From Pelagomonas calceolata (taxonomy: Eukaryota), in NCBI GenBank assembly GCA_918797485.1, contig CAKKNE010000004.1:1550001-1614000 (forward strand): a DNA stretch of 64,000 nucleotides, written 5' to 3'. Of the stretch, positions 13,781-29,935 are shown piece after piece. Within the stretch, counting starts at the first letter, position 1; each line of letters begins with the position of its first letter. Under the pieces are notes generated by a model. It saw only the letters and a list, made by a program, of their open reading frames with translations. It was not told the DNA's origin and ran no database searches. Both the position numbers and the translations under genes were made by a program.

Positions 13781-14079
13781 GCACGAAGCAAGCCTTGGCG
13801 CTGCTGCTATGTGCCGGTTATCGTTCCGGGTGTACCGGGTCGGAAGTCAAGGGCCACGAGCTCAAGTCAGCACCTGCCCCCGCACGTAACCCGCGGGGAG
13901 TACTCTCGAGTGACCTAGCCCCCAGAGGGTAGAGCTAACTCTACTAAGCGTGCGTCGACGGTCGATCGTAAAAGCGTGCGTCGACGTCGGTGTGAGCGGG
14001 CCGTTGGTGAGTCTCGAATTGCCGCCGACGAGGTGGAGGCCGTCGATCTGTGTCGTGATTCCTGCATTGGTCGCAGCAA

Positions 14080-15299
14080 ATGAAGTGCGTCGGGCCAGAT
14101 AGCGAGCAGGCAGGCAAAGCGAAATCGTGTGTTGGTTGCTTAAATCAGTCAGCCTGTGCGAACAATGCAAGGAACAGCGGCGATCTGACAGCCGAGCTTG
14201 TCCATGAACGACTCTCTGGTGTGAAACATGTAATCATGGTACTATCGGGCAAGGGTGGGGTGGGTAAATCTACTGTTTTTGGTATTCCTCGTCAATTACG
14301 CATTATTCGTATCATGACTATAGCCGACCACAGGTTTCATGCCAACTAGCAGCAGCTTTAGCAAATGAAGGCAGGGATGTGGGCCTCTTAGACATAGATA
14401 TTTGCGGTCCTTCCGTACCACAGATGCTCGGACTAAAGGGACGAGGAATTCATCAGTCATCTACGGGATGGACGCCAGTTTTCGTTGATGTCGGAGCAGG
14501 CACAGGCGAGCTTGGTGTTATGTCAGTAGGATTTATGCTCCCTGATGATGACAATGCAGTTATTTGGCGTGGTCCACGAAAAAGTGGCCTTATTAGACAA
14601 TTCCTCATCGAGGTGGACTGGGGTAAGTAAACGGGGTGGTCTGCCACTGATGTCTAACCTCCTACTTTCTGGATATTTCGCTTTGTAGGCGAGCTAGATT
14701 ACCTCATAATCGATACGCCACCCGGCACATCAGATGAGCACATCTCTGTTGCTCAGTACCTAAAGATGGTAGATATAGGCGCAATTGTTGTGCGGGACCA
14801 GAGTCAATCTAGAATCGAGCTGGACGCATATGCGCTTTAGGTGACAACACCCCAAGAGGTGTCTATGCAGGATGTTCGCAAAGAGCTTAACTTCTGCGCC
14901 AAAACCAAGATCAGGGTTATTGGTGTGTTGGAAAATATGAATCAACTACTCATTCCTCTTTCCCATCTCAACTTTGTCGAGAGGAAGACCGGAAGAGATC
15001 AAACGGAATATGTCCGCGGGGTCCTTCAGCAGTGTGATCTCCAGCAGTGCGATGCTTCTATTACAATATTTCAGTGTGCCCTGGACAATTCGCCCCAGTC
15101 CATGGCAGCCCGCTTCAATGTACCATACCTTGGCGCTTTGCCGCTTGACCCTTCCTTGCAGCGGGCCTGTGAATCAGGCACATGCCTTGTCTGCCAATGT
15201 CAGCAGCATAGCCCAGCGTTTACTCCATTTGTCAGACTTGTAGACACAATGCTCTCTATTATCACTGCCAACAAAGCCAAAATACCCAGCCAGGCATAG
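14080..15299 (+). CDS. NBP35: Cytosolic Fe-S cluster assembly scaffold Nbp35/NUBP1 (4 exons)
   Basis: N-terminal 4-Cys motif ([24 protein letters not shown]), P-loop [44 protein letters not shown]. Introns at 14275-14333, ~14623-14688 and 14790-14840. Confidence 0.93.
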
Positions 15300-15634
15300 A
15301 CCAATCAAGCATCATCTTTCGCCTATTTGCTGCTGGTCTCAGCTGGTCTTCACCTCCTGCAGAGTAGCTGCATGCAGTGACTTCGGAGTTCGTCTGGGGG
15401 GCGCGGTGATTCTGGTAGAAACTTGAAATTTACCTGACAGCGCGTCGCGAACTGTTTTCGGCGAACTTGGAAGGCGAACTGCTTGTGGCACCTTCGAGAG
15501 CGCACGGATACGCCCTGTGCGCCGTCGAGGCCGTGGCGCGCGTCAGGCGTTGCGGCGCGTCGCACGCCCTTCCTTCATAGACAGGCAAAATGCAGCAAGA
15601 GTTAGAGTCTCGTAAACAACGCAAAATTCCCGCG

Positions 15635-15800
15635 GGTGAGATTAGCGAAAGACCCTGCCTCTAAGGCGGATGAGGACGCAGCAGGTCGAGCCTGGAATAC
15701 GTGCAGGAACGCCAAGGCAAGTACCAAGGCATGACGCCGCGGACGGCCCGGCACAGCCCAGACCCGCCCGGGTAATAGTCGATCATCGGATGCCCCCCCC
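15635..15800 (+). repeat. Diverged copy of the interior of the hAT-like MITE at 53651-54032
   Basis: GTGAGATTAGCGAAAGACC…ACGCCAAGGCAAGTACC…GGCCCGGCACAGCCCAGACCCGC aligns by eye with 53767-53890. Confidence 0.6.
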
Positions 15801-15959
15801 CTGCAAATCACCCTCCTATTTATCCGCCATTCACCCGTGTGGTCACCTCCGGGGCGTGCTAGCTAGCCTAGCGTGCGAAGGGCGGCCGATCGTATCTCTT
15901 AGATAGATTCTCTATAACTAGGCGTCTTGGCTGCGGGCGAATTGAGCCAAAGGGGCGAG

Positions 15960-16982
15960 CGAAACGATTTGGCCTGGCAATTTTAGTGGCCTGCGAACGT
16001 CGCGCCAGTGCCAGTGGAAGTGCCAGTGGCGTTTCGTGCCGCGTCAGGCGACCTATCTGCAGCCCAGCGGGCACCCGGCCGCGCCTACGCATCCTCCCTA
16101 CACCACAGGTACCCGAGGGCCCCTGGGGGACCAAATTACCAGCAGAATGGACTTCGCGGCGGAAAGTGACCCCTCTCCCCCCAGCCCGGTCGCGGGGCGT
16201 ACAAAGGGCTCTTTGGGACCCCGCAGCAAAATCGCCGCCGGCCAAGTGGCTGGTCCGACTCGAATCTCGAATATAATTCCGCAACAACATCTTGTCGTTG
16301 GGCCCTCGGGATTTCCTCGTTCGCCGCGTATACGACGGCCTGATGAATGATTCTAAAGGTCGCGGTTCGTCGAGGAACGGGGCTTTGTTCCTGGAAAATC
16401 TTGCGTTGGAAGCGAATTGGCCCGGGCCTCTGAAAAAACCGGCCGCGAAAAAGTTCGCCAATGAATACGTCGCATCGCGCCGAGTTTCCGAGCTCGCCGG
16501 CGGTTTCAAGAGAATGTCGACCCTTCATAATATGAGCAATTGGGTCGAGAAGGAACGTTTCGGCTTGCCGGAATATTTACTCAGAACGTGCCCCGCGTCT
16601 CTCCGGGAAGGGCGGAGGCTGAAAACGAAATTCCGATTGGGTTGCCACGATCTTCGAAGCTCGAGTTGTCGAATGCAGCTCGTCCGTAACGCGCAATGCC
16701 CTTGTTGCGAATCTCGCGAGTCGGAAACTATCCAACACACGTTGTTTGAATGCACAGCCTTTGAGGAAGAACGCGAGGTATTTCTTTCGAGATTATACTC
16801 GGTTCGCCCCCTCGCACGGCAATTGAATGATGAGTACCGTTGTCGGCTGGTCATGGGGCACAAGTTACCCCGGGAGATTGAAAAAACGTTGTATCGGTAT
16901 TTTATTGCTATTTCGAAGCTCCGGTTGGGTATCCTGACCGAGCAGGGAGAAGGCTCTTAGGAGCTTGTTCCTTTTTTTAGGT
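15960..16982 (+). mobile_element. 5'-truncated, degenerate non-LTR retrotransposon (LINE) 3' end
   Basis: ORF 16292-16960 carries KFRLGCHDLR…CPCCESRESETIQHTLFECTAF, the CCHC zinc knuckle that follows RT in LINE ORF2. Its 3' UTR (GAGCAGGGAGAAGGCTCTTAG…TTTTTAGGT) recurs at 63541 followed by (TTTA)n. The 5' boundary is approximate. Confidence 0.8.
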
Positions 16983-18522
16983 CTTCCTCCGACCTGACCT
17001 AGTTTGCGCGCGACTTAGACGTTGGAAAGCGTCCGAAACGTCCCGTCAGAAGCGGGAGTAAATTTATGGAGGTCTGAGGGGGGTCCGTGGCTACCTATGA
17101 CTACCTTTACTTCAACTTCAGGTTGACGTCACTGGAAGTTGAAGCCGAGATACTACGGAGAGCTAAAACCCGCGCGGTAGGGGGGCTGTAGTCTTGGAGG
17201 GCCCGCGCGCGGTGACGGGGGTGGTGCGGGTTTTCCTTGCACCAGAGAGTGCCCCCAACCCACCACCCGCGCTGGTATCCTATGATAATACGCCTAGCGT
17301 CCTAAAGGCCGCTCTCGGACGAGTTCGAATCCCCGCGGTCGGCGTCGCGGGCCATAAGTCCATTCCACTGGCGTGGCGCGTCGGCGCGTCATTCCAACGT
17401 CCGCTGGAATGCATACGTACGTCATACCGGTCGAATTTTGTCGATAGGTACCCAAGCGGCCCGCGATCGACATTCACCGAATATGCTCCCGACCGGCGCG
17501 GGTTGACATGTGGCGACGGATAGCTGGTGGACTCCTGGAGGTGCATCGCTGTTTGCGTTGGTCAGGCGCTTCTCTACCAGCAATTTGGAGATCTGTTCGC
17601 AGTCGCGCGCCGATTTAGGGCCTTCGCAGAGCACCAGGCTTTTGGGCACTCGCAGACCGCCGAGGCGGCTAGCTTTCAACGCGCGCTCTTTACGCCAGGC
17701 GCGGACGAGTTCCTAGGACCTCCACACGCGCTGGCGGCACAAATGCGGCTCCACGCTAGCCGTAGAGTGCCCCCAAAATGGCTGTCGACGTAGAAACCCG
17801 CGAGCTCAGGAGGCCCGGGGCTCGATCGCAAGTGATTTATCTTTAGCTTTGTCTTAAACTCCCCAGCCTTAGTGCTCTTCAGGCTGCTCCAAACAGCGCC
17901 ACCTCGTCGGCGTTTCGCCCACAGCAACGACGCACGACACGCTTTTCGTTTGGTTAGGGCGATGCACTGGCGGCCGGCGCGAGGATGTACGCACGGAGGA
18001 GCAAAGACTCGGCGTTGTTCGGCTCGGCGCTGCAGAAAACTAGTAGGATAGACCACGCACCTTGATGAAATGTAACGTTGCCAGAGTCCATTAAAGAAGA
18101 GAAGTCCGTGGGGCGAAATATTGGTTTCGACGCGGCCGCGGGTGGTCCAGGGCGCACTGCGCTCTCGCTGGACCGAGGTCGTTGGGGATCTACGTGTAGC
18201 GGTCGACGTCACGTCAAAATAATTCACGCATAGCTACGTGTACCATCCGCGACGCGCCGCGGGACGCTAATAGGTCATTTTTCCTATCTTGTTTTTCCTT
18301 TACCAGCATAGGCAAGTCGTCGAATGGAGTCTCTAACGGTGCTAAAACCGGTTGTAGATCGGCGTGAAATGGCTGTCCTAACTGCTGGACCATAGTCCTC
18401 GAGGCCCCCGCGTTTGCGTGTCGTTTCACCGACTCCGGTTTGATGTCGGAGTGGAGGACGTAGGTCGAGTACGGGTCCCTTTCCCCAAAACCCTACGCGC
18501 AAACTAGAGTGTGTCGCACTAG
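16983..18522 (+). mobile_element. Non-autonomous TIR element, family H copy 1, inserted between the LINE 3' UTR and its (TTTA)n tail
   Basis: Imperfect TIRs (…CCGACCTGACCTAGTTTGCGCG / CGCGCAAACTAGAGTGTGTCGCACTAG); long high-identity inverted match to 48221-48825 and 51901-52119. Confidence 0.75.
17779..18482. mobile_element. ~700-bp insertion nested in H copy 1, flanked by 8-bp duplication CCCCAAAA
   Basis: CCCCAAAA at 17771-17778 and 18483-18490; H copy 2 lacks this segment at the equivalent point. Its 5' part matches 21566-21710. Confidence 0.65.
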
Positions 18523-18550
18523 TATTTATTTATTTATTTATTTATTTATT
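18523..18550 (+). repeat. (TTTA)n tail of the LINE at 15960-16982
   Basis: Perfect TTTA run right after H copy 1; the same UTR-tail adjacency is uninterrupted at 63541-63610. Confidence 0.7.
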
Positions 18551-19082
18551 AATATTAGGCTGTTGATATTAGGAACTCCCTCGTAGCGTGCGTACCCGCT
18601 GCCTACTCTCAGTTGGCTAAGGAGAGCTAGTACATGATCATGTAACTTGAAAGGGGCTCGGACTCGGAAGTGATTCAAGTGAACAGAGGATTTTTCAGAT
18701 AATAAGCGACAGACGCCGCCCAAGGCCGGTGACTGGACCTTTGGGTGTGTGCAGGATCTGCCTTACTCGTCTCCGTGCCTTTTTCTTAATTTCAACGGAT
18801 GACGACGTCCGGGCGCCGCCGCACGTCGCCGCTACTCCAAACCCGACGACTTCGACTACACGGGCACGCAACCAGGTGACCAATGACCTTCGTCCGTATG
18901 AGGCGGGCGCAGGCGGGGGTAGAAGTGTGGCAGCGGTAGAGCGTGGGAGTATAATAGATTAAAATTGGGGTTGAGCACTGAGGGTTCAAGCGGCACGGCA
19001 GCGGGGGTTCTCCCAGCTTGTACTATGCCGGATTTAAAAGCATTCGATAAATGTACTGTCAGGTGGCTCTAGGCAACTTCCT

Positions 19083-21495
19083 TCACGTGTAGTTTGTCGG
19101 AGGTGAAAACTGAACGTCTATGTCCTTCAGTGAAATTTCCTGAAGTTGCTCAGTGGGAACACGTAGGTCTCCAATATCTGTCGTGACAGAAAAGCGCAAC
19201 TTGCATGCGAGCGAATTGGCAGTTTTACGGGTAGGGAGGCGCCGAAAGAGTACGTAGCAATGGCCAGTAGAATTACAGGTAAGCAACTTCAACATAACTT
19301 CTCCGTCATGAATATAATCCTCCACATTCCCAAGGGACTTGGCATGTACGTGGACACTCTTAATACGCTGACCATTGGGTTTATTTGTAACATGGAATTG
19401 AAGTACAAGATGCGACTCAAAGAGGTAGCCAACGCAAGCAACATGGCAGCAATGAATGCCTTCCCTAAATTCCTCGAGTACTACAGGTTGAAGCGACCTG
19501 AGGATCTTCCCCAAAGCTTCAAGCCTCGGAACTGACAACAATTTGTAGTACCGTATTAATTGGCGTTGTGTACCCTCGTGCTTAAGATCCGCATATTGCA
19601 CACGCAAGAGATTACGTTTGACAATTGCCGCTCGTCTTTCGGACTCGGTGAAATGAAGTAGATCCTAGGGCGCAAGAGTGAATATTTGAAATAAAAAACA
19701 GCGCGCCGCGAGCATACTTTGACAAGGTTTGAGCAGAGAGTCATACTCACGTTTTCAGGGCAACATTCTATTGCATTAAGAGGATGAATGCGACGAAAAT
19801 TACGGCGAATAACATCAACTGCATGCTCAAGGGGTTGGAGGCATTTGCCCGTATGTGCACGCGACGCGTAGCGTCTAGCAAGCCTCACATAAATATCAAG
19901 TGCGCTTTCCACCTCGTCTGACTTCACAATCTGCGGCATATTTTTGGCAGCAAGCCAGATAGTACTGGAGTATATCTCTGCGAGATTGTCATCTGAAAGT
20001 TTAAGAGCGTAAACATCCAAGACGGCAGAATGGGCAGCAAGTTGCGACAATATCAGCGCCTTTTCGTGCAGGAACCCCCCGGGTAGGCGCGAGAGCAGAA
20101 AATTGCATTCATATTTGTCTGAATATCGCAGAAAGTTGCGCAGTCGTGTTCGATACAGGTGCACCATCACGGGATCAACTGCAGCAAAAAGTTTGACTTG
20201 GTCAAGAAGAGTGGTCGCAAGCTCCATGTGCAATATAGCAGGTTCCTCGCCTGCGTATATAACATGCTCTAGATATGCACAAGCCACTGATGCTCCACTG
20301 TGCAGAGGAAATTGCCCCACTTGTTCAGGCACGGCGCAACCTTTACTGCATTGCAATGGCGATCCAACATAGTGAAGACTCGATTGAACATCCTTGGCTG
20401 CGTTGAATGAACCACCCTTCAAATCTAGTTTCTTCATCCAGGCAGCTATGCCAAGAGTCGCCATACCTGCATGAAAAAAAAACTCAACTAAAAGTCTGAC
20501 GCATGTTAGCACCTCGAGAACTCGTATGGGGTGGTTGGTCACTATCAACGTCATCCTTTTTACCAGACATGTCAGCGCCGGTAAAAATGGCTAGGCCCAA
20601 CGCAGGTGCTTGATAAAATACTGAAGCAACATGTTCTCGCACCATTGACACTAATGTTGGCTTTCTGGAGAACCACAGCCAACGCAAATACCTTGCTTTC
20701 CATCGCCAACCTTGAGTGCAATTCCACCTCGAATTTTCTTGCCAGTTGCACATGTCCATGATTAGTGTCAGAGCACGTTTATGTGCATGCTTGCTTCTGT
20801 ACAGCCAGAGAAGCGGCTCTACGTATGTAGGACCACCTGCAGCCATCAAAGTCGCAAGTGACTCAAGGTCACATGACTGAGCTGGATCTCGCAGCAGGGA
20901 AATAGTATCTTGAAGTCGGGGGGGGGCGCACTGAAGTCTCGCAGCAGCAAGCATGGTATCAACGAGTACAAGCCTGCAACACTTTACTGCGCCATATTCA
21001 TTTGATATCGGATCAAAACTATGTGCCAGTAACCAATTTCGCATAGTCTGAAAGTAAGAGACAACGGCCGCGGCGGTGCGTTTTAGCGTGACTCCTCTAA
21101 GCACCAATTTAGACAGAAATCCAAACCATTTCTCTGGATAACTTCGTAGCTTGTAGCCCGTTGGAATAACCTTCTTTTCCGAATCCAGCTCGATGTTAAA
21201 ACCGGATGGCCAAATGATGGCATAAAACTCAGCGACCGTTTCGGGCGCCGTCAATGCATCTAACCAGTGTTGTAACGCACGTTCTAATTCCCCATGCGAG
21301 TAAAGTGCGTAAGCGCACCTAAGTCGAGTATGGTAGCGTACATTACCCATGGAGCTATCTGTGAGTTGAATGTACGCACCGCTCTTCAATCAGTTGGATG
21401 TCTTCTTTGGGGCTATCTGTGAGCATGCAGAATGCAAGCGCATTTTGGTACTGCGCGTTATTTAGCAAGTCTTGCACCTGGTCTTTGACACTCAT
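19083..21495 (-). CDS. Vps39/TGFBRAP1-like alpha-solenoid protein with C-terminal gamma-COP appendage-like domain; no CNH domain seen
   Basis: MSVKDQVQDLLNNAQYQNAL, LLWLYRSKHAHKRAL, AYLEHVI…LHMEL, LRNFLRYSDKY…LLSRLP…HEKALILSQL resemble Vps39/clathrin-repeat segments. After the intron at 19665-19717 the last exon reads DLLHFTESERRAAIVKRNLLRVQ and runs in frame into a gamma-COP appendage-like sequence. Confidence 0.75.
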
Positions 21496-21565
21496 CTAAC
21501 CTGGCTAATACTACTAGAACTAGAATTAGCGCAAAAGGACCGGTTGACCATCTGAATCCGTAAAC

Positions 21566-22630
21566 TGTCGACGTAGAAACCGCGAGGCTCGGGGCTGGTC
21601 GCCAATTGATTTTTCTTTAGCTTTGTATAGGTCTACGGCCTATGTGCTCATCAGGCTGCTCTTGTCACGCGTTTCGCCCACAGCAACGACGCCGCGAACT
21701 CGCACAAACGGCCCTCAAAAACCTGACAACAAAACCCGACGCTAGCCGAAGCTTCCTTAGGATCCTATGCCGCGCTAGCGTAAATATATTATGGTTCACG
21801 GCGGTTGATAGTACCCTCGCCTGCCGCGTTAAGCTGGGTTTGGTCAATACATCTTTCCCGAGCGCTCGAACGCGACCGCAGTGTCCGGGGGTACCCCACG
21901 CATGTGCCCGTCTAGCGATTTCTGCTACGACGCGCGCGGGGCGGTAAAGATAGCTGCCCCTGCGCGTTCCAATGGCTTCAGTCCCTTCTCGGGCAGCCTC
22001 GGCTCAGCGAAATTTTTTCGCGGGGAGCCTCACGATGCCCGCTAAGGGCGCGTCGAAGGGCCGTACTTCAGGCCAGCTTTTCTCGGCCGCATCGCGTGTG
22101 CACTTGTCACGACCAACGCGGCTGGGTAGCCCTGGCTATGGGCTTTCCAGCGCACCAACCCGTGACAAGTGCACACGCGATGACGCTGAGCTAGCCGGAT
22201 GTAAATCCCCCACTGCGGCGGCCCTCAGCCCGCTGCTCGAAGCGAAGCTCGCGTCCGGCGCAACCCTCGACGGGTCGGCCGGGCATCCCTTTTCGAGAAG
22301 AAGAAGGAGGGAGGTCCATGCGACCACCTTACCGTGACTCTGTCCTAGCCCGACGAATGGGTCCCGGAGGAGCGGGAGCGACTAGGGGGTCGCGCGCCGT
22401 GTAAAACCCGAACCCGAACCCGCTGAGAAAATGGGCCGCTATGACGCCGGACTCGTCGTGCACGCGGACGCAATGGTTGATCGACGCTCGGGCAACGTGG
22501 CAAAAAATCGCCAGACGCATGTGTTAAAAAAGCAATGCGTCGGGCACATGCGTGGGGTATCCCGGAAACCGGAGATAGTATCGAAAGTTTAATGGTGGAA
22601 CCGTCTCTTCCTCCTATAGACCTACGCAAC
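21566..22630. mobile_element. GC-rich repeat element with nested internal inverted repeats
   Basis: The 5' end matches 17783-17940. Inverted pair 21886-21910 / 22541-22565 (1 mismatch) and perfect 22-bp inverted pair 22090-22111 / 22161-22182. The right boundary is approximate. Confidence 0.6.
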
Positions 22631-22992
22631 GCAGGGCCATCAAGGTACCCCGGGGCCGGTACTCCCGAGTCTCACAGTCGCAGGTGGGGGCCAAGCAAAG
22701 GGCCTTAGGCGCGGGCGTGGTACGATGAAGTCTGGACATCAATAATTATGTCCAAACAAGAGCCTGAGAAGCGGCTCCGAGTCCAGAGGGTGACTCGGAA
22801 GTTAGGGGGGCGGCATCTCCGAGTCCGCGTCGGTAGTGCATTTTAGCTTGGCTTTTAGTATTATTTTGGCATCATTCCAGCCTAATAGCCATCATGCGCG
22901 CCAAGCGTATACCGTGTACATCGGTACCTACGGTACGATTCTACTTCTAGTAGCATGCGTACTAGAATGTAGAGTTGTACCTGGCCATGTAA

Positions 22993-28840
<5,848 letters not shown>

Positions 28841-29935
28841 TACTGAAAGCGCGAACTCTATACTTTGGTTAAGCACCAGCAAAGGGGTCGTTGAACAAAG
28901 CACCAGGTACCTCGCCGCTGCACTCACGCTAGACTTTGATGGCGAGTTCTGACGTACACTAATCTTGGACAATTGCAACCACCACTCTGTTGACCTTGAA
29001 AATACTGAAGGCGAAAGGGGAACTGGAGAAGACGAAGAATTGCACCCAGCACTACAACGTGCTTTGCATGCTGATTAGCGTTTATGGACGCAGTGCGAAC
29101 TCCTGTCGCGGTCACGGTGGCCACAGTCTGCCAGTGAGTGTCACGGTGACTGGCACGGTACAGAACTACTCGGATACGGGGCCTTTTGGGGGCGTCAGAT
29201 CGCAACAAAAGTGGTAAAAAAATCGTTTTAAGGTGCAATGGAAATACACGTCTAGTAGGATCCGAGTCCCAAGGTTCAACTGAGACGTATCCAAGCACAA
29301 CCCGTACTTGTATTACCCGCTTAGCTTACTTCCCATCCTAGGGTACTCCGATATCCCCTTAGTAGGGGGAAGTCGCCTCTCACTCCTAACTATTATCATC
29401 CTGAGTCACTTTTATTGACGGACGCAATTCCCCGTCACAAACCCCATCAAACATGGGAGAAACTATTTCGTTAGACGACTACACTACGCTGCCGGGGAAG
29501 TCCGGAGCTACACACTCTATTTCCCTATGCATCGCATAAGGACAAGCCAGACCGCTACGCGCGGCGGGCGACCTACCCGGCCCAGGTAAACAAGGGCGGG
29601 CCGCAGCATAAGAACGCACCAGTGCCAGTGATTCAAGTTGGACTTGAACTTTGAACGTACTACCAGGATCGGCCCTCGTTCGACACCGCCTTGTGCTTCA
29701 TGTTCTACTAGTAGTACTTCAAGTTAGTAAATATTAGTTTATATAGTTTGAAATTAGACTGCCAGCGAAACCGAGCCAACCCGGATGTTCATTCACATTG
29801 GGGACGCCCCGCCGGCGGAATCGCACTCGGGGGGGGTCGACGCTGGCCCGAAGACTTGCGCCAAAAAACTTACACCATCAGATTTTTTTAACCCTCACCG
29901 CTTGCCATTCAAGCATAAAATTCGCTGGTTGTATA

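Noticed and set aside
22403..22421. AAAACCCGAACCCGAACCC as an interstitial telomere
   Set aside because: Only about three imperfect units, inside a repeat element.
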